Below are positions 58,619-64,000 of a DNA stretch of 64,000 bases, piece by piece (position 1 is the stretch's first letter; each line of letters opens with the position of its first letter). Origin of the DNA: an uncultured virus (IMG/VR IMGVR_UViG_3300041405_000133) (taxonomy: Duplodnaviria > Heunggongvirae > Uroviricota > Caudoviricetes); the IMG/VR virus record IMGVR_UViG_3300041405_000133, positions 62,001 to 126,000 of that record; one strand, written 5' to 3'. A program made the translations under genes and the position numbers. A model generated the notes under the pieces. It saw only the letters and a list, made by a program, of their open reading frames with translations, had not been told where the DNA came from and searched no databases.

Positions 58619-60799
58619 ATGAATCCATTTGATCCAACCGATCATTTACCTCAAGAGCGCTACACCATTCCACCGGAGATGGTTCCGATCAGTGGTTTAA
58701 ACTCTCAGTTCAAATGTGTCTCTGGTGCCCGTCAAGCAATGTTCACCGGTAACCTGTCCCAAGTATTGATCGTGGATGGACGTACCCGTAAACGCCAGCA
58801 GACTGGGTTGGAACGCGAGATTGCCAAAGCTACATTTAACCATCAGTTTCCTCGTGAAGCTGTGGTGTTGGCGATCATCCCACGATTTACATCCCGTAAC
58901 TTCGGCGATAAGTTCCAGATCAACCCGTTCGATCTGGTGATCTACGAGGATTGGGAAACGAAAGAGCTGGACGTGGTCGAGTTGAGCAAGTTTCACGTAA
59001 TGCACCAGCATTACGGATTCGAGTTCGAATACGATCAGGACGTCTACGACGCCATCGTTAAAGGTAAACGTTTCAAGGCAGGTACGGTTATTGCTCGTTC
59101 TCCGGCTGTTACGGATGATGGCGACTACATGTACGGCCTGGAAACCAACGTCTGCATGATCTCTGATCCGGCAGGTACTGAAGACGGTGTAAAGATCAGT
59201 CAGAGTTATGCCAAGCGTATTCGCTCGACAGGCTTTGAAAGTCGGATTGCTCGCTTCGGCGGTAGTCATTACCCAATTAACTGGAACGGTAACCTGGAAG
59301 AGTACAAACCTATTCCAGACATCGGTGATTTCATCCAGTCAAACGGTCTGATCTGCGCATCACGGCCTTTCGATCCAAAGTATGATCCAGTCTACATGAC
59401 TCGGACCAAGCTGCTTAAACCGCAGTATGGGTTGGACACACCGCTGTACGGCGTACCGAACGCTCAAGTCGTAGACATCCGAGTCCTTCATAACGATAGG
59501 CTGTCTTCCCCGAAACTACCAAAGGAAATGACCAAACAGTTCCTGAAGTACTACGAGGCCGACCAAGAGTTCTACACCAAGATCGTTAAGACGTGCCTCT
59601 GCCGGAAAGGTAACTTCCTGGCTGACGACGTTGCAATGTCTCCACGTCTGCGCATTCTCCTGTACGAAGCAATCGCACGTAGCGGTGAGCGTCTGCTGGA
59701 AGAAGGCATCTGGCCGAAGAGCAAAGCCGACCAACTGCGTGTTCGCACGAAGTATCGCGGCGAGATCTTGGATGAGTTCCGTGTGGAAATCATCTACCAG
59801 TACAAGACGTCGGTTGGTGAAGGTCCTAAGGTTACTGACCAATCTGGCGGTAAAGGTGTTACTTCGGCGGTTGCTCCAGACGAAGACATGCCTACAGACG
59901 AGAACGGTATTCGAGCCGACGTGGTGATCTTCTCGAACTCCACGGTAAACCGTCTGAACAACGGTCGTCAACATACCCAGGTAATCGGTGCTGCTGGCCG
60001 GGATATCATCAAACGTGTTCGTAAGTCTTACGGCTTGCCAGCCTTCGGTCCGATTGATCGGGAAGAAGTCAAACGTGCGGTGACGTCTCAGAACAACATG
60101 GCTGTAACCATGAAGAACTTTGCGTACATCATCGGCTTCTATAAGCTGGTGGCGCCTGCAATGTACGAACGTCTGACGCGTAACGATGTCATTCCGCAAG
60201 GGATTCACTTGCAGCATGTAATCGAATGCATCATGGACGGCGAAGATCCTCACGGTCTGTTCCTGCAACTCGCATCCTCTGACGAAGTCTACATGGACAA
60301 AGTCATCAAGGAGATCGAATCAGGTCCGTACATGCCAGATCTGACGCCAGTGACCTACCGGAACCTGGCTGGCGATATGGTAACCACCAAGACCAGCATC
60401 TTGATCGGTCCTGACTACTACCTGCCTTTGGAGAAGACGGCTACCGACGGTTCCGGTGTATCGTCCTCCAAGACCAACCACTTCGGCGTTACTGCCCGTC
60501 TGACGAATGCTGACAAATATGCCAGCCCTGGCCGTGAAACCGTAACCAAATCTACCGGTGAGTCCGAAGCGCGTAACCACGCTCACGCTTATGGTGCTGA
60601 GCCCCTTGCTCACATCATGGACTTGAACTACAACCCGGTGGTCCACAAAGAAGCCTGCATGACGATCCTCACCCACGAGACACCGACCAACATCGAATGT
60701 CTTGTTGACCGTGAGAAGTTTAAGCTTGGTGGACATCGTCCGCTGGCTTACGTTCGCCACATGATGGCCGTATCTGGTAAGAATATCTCCAGGGAGTAA
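58619..60799 (+). CDS. Non-virion RNAP beta-like subunit (phiKZ gp71-73-like), uninterrupted
   Basis: S.ARQAMF, EDG, G.KVTD..GGKGV, RAD, NRLNNG, LEK and GESEAR motifs. Confidence 0.9.
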   Translation: MNPFDPTDHLPQERYTIPPEMVPISGLNSQFKCVSGARQAMFTGNLSQVLIVDGRTRKRQQTGLEREIAKATFNHQFPREAVVLAIIPRFTSRNFGDKFQINPFDLVIYEDWETKELDVVELSKFHVMHQHYGFEFEYDQDVYDAIVKGKRFKAGTVIARSPAVTDDGDYMYGLETNVCMISDPAGTEDGVKISQSYAKRIRSTGFESRIARFGGSHYPINWNGNLEEYKPIPDIGDFIQSNGLICASRPFDPKYDPVYMTRTKLLKPQYGLDTPLYGVPNAQVVDIRVLHNDRLSSPKLPKEMTKQFLKYYEADQEFYTKIVKTCLCRKGNFLADDVAMSPRLRILLYEAIARSGERLLEEGIWPKSKADQLRVRTKYRGEILDEFRVEIIYQYKTSVGEGPKVTDQSGGKGVTSAVAPDEDMPTDENGIRADVVIFSNSTVNRLNNGRQHTQVIGAAGRDIIKRVRKSYGLPAFGPIDREEVKRAVTSQNNMAVTMKNFAYIIGFYKLVAPAMYERLTRNDVIPQGIHLQHVIECIMDGEDPHGLFLQLASSDEVYMDKVIKEIESGPYMPDLTPVTYRNLAGDMVTTKTSILIGPDYYLPLEKTATDGSGVSSSKTNHFGVTARLTNADKYASPGRETVTKSTGESEARNHAHAYGAEPLAHIMDLNYNPVVHKEACMTILTHETPTNIECLVDREKFKLGGHRPLAYVRHMMAVSGKNISRE

Positions 60800-60833
60800 T
60801 CCCTGGCGGTACAACGTAGGAGCGTGTTAATTA

Positions 60834-62813
60834 ATGGCAAGACATCGTCGGTTCAGAGCCCGTGACCTGTTCGATACGATGGTACATCTTTGGCCTTGCG
60901 CTGAGTACGAGGAATTCATCCTCGAGTTCGACGACGGCGACACGATGACCACAACAACAATCAATACCCAGATCTCCCGCAAGCTCTGGTTGCCACACGA
61001 GGTATACGACAAACTCGGTATCTTCAAGCGCCACCACATCGGTAATGGTTCGCTGTCCAATGAACGCATCCATGAAGTACAGGGTGCGATCACTGAAGAC
61101 ATGTACAACACGTACGGTGAGTTGGGCTTTAACCGTGAAGAGTTGTGGCGACACAACTATTACGGCACCAACCGTCTGTACAACGAATCCATCGTCGAAT
61201 ATGCGGCGTATGTTCGCGGCAGTAACTCGTTTGACTTCAGTCATCTGTACGAGTATCCGCCAATCGCTAAGATCCGTACCGAATGCCAGCCTAACAAGCT
61301 GTCTATCGAGAAGGCTTACGATGCGGCGAAGTTGGTTCTGGAACGTGATCCTGCGATTGCTCGTAACGTGATCATCTCCGACCTTCGGGCTGGTCTGTTG
61401 AAGATGGAGCAGTTGCTTCAGATCCTCATCGTGCGGGGCTACAACACCGACATCGATGGGCACGTATATAGCAAACCTATCATGGGCAACTACTTCGCAG
61501 GTATTCACGATCCTGCGGAAGCCATGATGGAATCCACACTGGCCGCTAAGGCTATCATCTTTACCGGAGCGCCGCTCGAACAAACCGAGTATGCGAACCG
61601 GAAGATGCAGTTCACTACCCAGCAGGTTGACTTGCTGGTAATGGCTGACTGTGGATCGACTGAGTACGGGGAGATTGAGATCACCAAGTTCAGGTTCAAA
61701 GCCATGGACGGTCTCAACTATCTCGATCCTGATACCAACCGGTTGAAACCATTGCGGATGACTGACACTCACCTGATTGGTGAGACACGCAAGTTCCGTC
61801 TGGCATTCAACTGTAAGTACCGGCATCACAACAACGTCTGCAAGATGTGCTACGGCTTGCTGGCGTATAACGTGCCGTTCGGTGCGAACATCGGTCACAT
61901 CGCATCTACAATGACCCAATCGGAAGTATCTCAGGCAGTGTTGAAGGTTAAGCACTCTGAGGCGTCTGCTTCTTCTGATCCGATCATCATTCAAGATGAA
62001 GAGCGGCCGTACATCCTCCCAGCATCTGAAGGTCACCAGATTCGTCTGAACCCAAGACTGGGCGTTAAGGGTATCCCGCTGATGCTTCGCGGTGGTTACT
62101 CTCAGGGTGTTCACAACGCATCGAAGCTTCCTGTACTGAAACGTACCGATCTGCGCGCTGGCGTTAACATCGCCAAGTTCAGTCAGTTCCGTGAAGTCAG
62201 CTTTGAGCTGCCTAGCGAGAACAAGCAGTCGAACCGGGTACACGTCACGGTATCCCGTGGCGCGCGCATGTCGAACCTGACTCGTGAGTTCCTGGACTAC
62301 TTCCTGAAGAAAGGCTTCCGAATCGATGATGATGGTTATTATCGGATTGATCTGAAGGATTGGAACTTCGACCTGCCAGCCTTTGAAATGCCAAACCGCC
62401 ACGGTAGCATGAAGGACCACGCAGCAGTAGTGGAAGTAATGATCCGCTCTACTCGTGACTCCAACCAGCGCCACTTGGGTCGGTTGAAGCAATTGAAGGA
62501 CTATGCAAACCCAACTGAAGCAATGTTGGATACGCATGAGCTGATCGCACTGAAGGTTCCTGTTCACTTCACCCACGTCGCTATTGTGTTGCTGTCTATG
62601 ATGGTATCCAGTACGAAGTCAGGCGATTACAGGATTCCACCTCTGGGCGAACCTACTCGGTTTGCTAAATACGATCACGTAATCAGTGGTCGCTCGATGG
62701 GCGCGTTCTTCGCCTATCAGGGTGGTCGTAACCTGCTCGATACACTTGAGCAGTACATGATCACTGAACGGGAACAACATCTGCTCGATCCGTTGCTGAT
62801 GCCCGGCTGGTAA
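60834..62813 (+). CDS. Non-virion RNAP beta'-like C-terminal subunit (phiKZ gp74-like)
   Basis: RGY.TDIDG, EYANRK, DCGS, C...VC..CYG, NIGH and SQAVLKVKH motifs. Confidence 0.9.
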   Translation: MARHRRFRARDLFDTMVHLWPCAEYEEFILEFDDGDTMTTTTINTQISRKLWLPHEVYDKLGIFKRHHIGNGSLSNERIHEVQGAITEDMYNTYGELGFNREELWRHNYYGTNRLYNESIVEYAAYVRGSNSFDFSHLYEYPPIAKIRTECQPNKLSIEKAYDAAKLVLERDPAIARNVIISDLRAGLLKMEQLLQILIVRGYNTDIDGHVYSKPIMGNYFAGIHDPAEAMMESTLAAKAIIFTGAPLEQTEYANRKMQFTTQQVDLLVMADCGSTEYGEIEITKFRFKAMDGLNYLDPDTNRLKPLRMTDTHLIGETRKFRLAFNCKYRHHNNVCKMCYGLLAYNVPFGANIGHIASTMTQSEVSQAVLKVKHSEASASSDPIIIQDEERPYILPASEGHQIRLNPRLGVKGIPLMLRGGYSQGVHNASKLPVLKRTDLRAGVNIAKFSQFREVSFELPSENKQSNRVHVTVSRGARMSNLTREFLDYFLKKGFRIDDDGYYRIDLKDWNFDLPAFEMPNRHGSMKDHAAVVEVMIRSTRDSNQRHLGRLKQLKDYANPTEAMLDTHELIALKVPVHFTHVAIVLLSMMVSSTKSGDYRIPPLGEPTRFAKYDHVISGRSMGAFFAYQGGRNLLDTLEQYMITEREQHLLDPLLMPGW

Positions 62814-62827
62814 CTGACAAACATACT

Positions 62828-62845
62828 GGCGGAGGAAACTCCGCC
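62828..62845 (+). repeat. 18-bp hairpin direct repeat, copy 1
   Basis: GGCGGAGGAAACTCCGCC followed by TTTATGCC. Confidence 0.85.
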
Positions 62846-62877
62846 TTTATGCCCCACTTTATAACAAGGAGGCCATA

Positions 62878-63297
62878 ATGGCTAAGCCACAATTTGTATC
62901 TATACGGTTTGAAGGGGATAGTGCCTCGACTCTCTTCACCCACGTCGTCTATAAGAAACTACCTGTGAAAGACGATGCGTTACGTTTCTTACATATCGAA
63001 CGTAAAGGTAACACTAACTTCCTCTTCGATGCCACGCGCTTCGTAGACGAGCTTCCAGACTCTCTGGCTATCACTTGGGATCGTGCAGGCGATAGCGCGA
63101 CATTCACCATTGCTGAGCGTAAGTACGCTATCAGTATCTACACGGTAATTGACGTTGAACGTGACAGTCCGTTCTACTTCCTCGATGAACTTCCTGACGG
63201 TACATGGCGACTCTGCCACAGCCTTCACTTTATCCCATGGCACCACGAACACTTGGATACAATCACTATCGAGAAGGTGTCCGTAGAAGTCCAGTAA
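62878..63297 (+). CDS. Inserted hypothetical protein
   Basis: 139 aa with AAGGAGG RBS. Lies between two identical hairpins. Confidence 0.75.
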   Translation: MAKPQFVSIRFEGDSASTLFTHVVYKKLPVKDDALRFLHIERKGNTNFLFDATRFVDELPDSLAITWDRAGDSATFTIAERKYAISIYTVIDVERDSPFYFLDELPDGTWRLCHSLHFIPWHHEHLDTITIEKVSVEVQ

Positions 63298-63304
63298 CAT
63301 CCGA

Positions 63305-63322
63305 GGCGGAGGAAACTCCGCC
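63305..63322 (+). repeat. 18-bp hairpin direct repeat, copy 2
   Basis: Identical GGCGGAGGAAACTCCGCC. Confidence 0.85.
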
Positions 63323-63426
63323 CTAACTCTTACCTTTCTTTTGTAGTAAGAACTAACTATAGACGTATATCTATTATAGGCGAAGTGTGCCGTAAACGCA
63401 CTAGGTAGATATTTGGGGAGAACGTC

Positions 63427-64000
63427 TTGAAGATCGACGTCTATAGCCATTCGTTCATGGTCAGTGATTTGAACGAGCGACAGAAGAAAGCCGTCGAACA
63501 GTTCTGCAAAACACTCATCCAGCATGAGATGGTTATTGAAGACGGCCGTAAGGAGATGGTGGCTGCAAGGGTGTTCGCATCCTCTACCGCTGCCAGACAG
63601 TACTACCGTTTCCACATCAACATGAAGGTGGAATTCTTCCAGACCCTGAACTACAACTTCATTAAGTCTGATGAATACACAGTCGTTAAACACGATAACA
63701 CTCCAACGGATCGCTTCAAGGTTGAACATGAAGTAATCCACTTGTGGCCACCTCGCCATCCACAGCCGGCTATCATTAACCACGTTGTGAATGAGGAAGG
63801 TAGCAACAAGGTCGTAACCCTCCAGACGGGTAAGGGTAAGACGGAGCTGACGAAGCATTGCATGCACCAGCTGGGGCTGCGTACGGCTATCTTCATGAAG
63901 GGTGGTTATCTAGACCGTTGGGTGCCTGACCTTGAGTCATCATTCAAACTGAAGCGTGGTCAACTCCTTGTTGTCCGAGGAAGTCCGGCGCTGAAGGGTC
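63427..64000 (+). CDS. SF2 helicase (phiKZ gp75-like), truncated by window end; absent from the ORF track
   Basis: GGGGAG RBS and TTG start (MKIDVYSHSF...). Q-motif PRHPQ and Walker A LQTGKGKT. Confidence 0.85.
   Translation, partial: MKIDVYSHSFMVSDLNERQKKAVEQFCKTLIQHEMVIEDGRKEMVAARVFASSTAARQYYRFHINMKVEFFQTLNYNFIKSDEYTVVKHDNTPTDRFKVEHEVIHLWPPRHPQPAIINHVVNEEGSNKVVTLQTGKGKTELTKHCMHQLGLRTAIFMKGGYLDRWVPDLESSFKLKRGQLLVVRGSPALKG

Noticed and set aside
1..64000. tRNAs, group I introns, inteins, CRISPR arrays, transposases
   Set aside because: None recognisable by eye. tRNAscan-SE and Infernal would be needed to exclude them formally.

Overview
This window is part of a nucleus-forming jumbo phage genome (phiKZ-like, Chimalliviridae). 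All calls come from motif recognition and recalled phiKZ gene order; no database search was run. From left to right it holds: virion RNA polymerase beta'/beta subunits, the head maturation protease and two processed head-protein paralogues; a small early accessory island; tail tube, sheath, baseplate-type genes and large terminase; a second accessory island; PhuZ tubulin; a tandem run of ten small acidic genes; family-B DNA polymerase; chimallin (nuclear shell); non-virion RNAP subunits; an Mre11/SbcD nuclease; ChmC-, sigma-like and PicA/Imp1-like genes; and the start of an SF2 helicase. I saw no tRNA, CRISPR array, intron or intein. The most notable observations are: (1) the ten genes at 34835-38814 appear to share one hidden architecture (N-terminal hhhD strand, helical middle, C-terminal beta-hairpin) and sit where phiKZ nuclear-import accessory factors map; (2) five proteins end in Gly-Trp, including PicA, its neighbour and nvRNAP beta'; (3) two packaged head paralogues carry glycine-zipper membrane segments; (4) an accessory protein carries a catalytically dead RNAP motif (NADFDGN); (5) a small protein resembles an AlaRS fragment; (6) an early promoter fires antisense through a core gene towards phuZ; (7) chmA has a structured leader; (8) a GCATA-hairpin-TTTATGCC element family is present, with one copy duplicated around an inserted gene.
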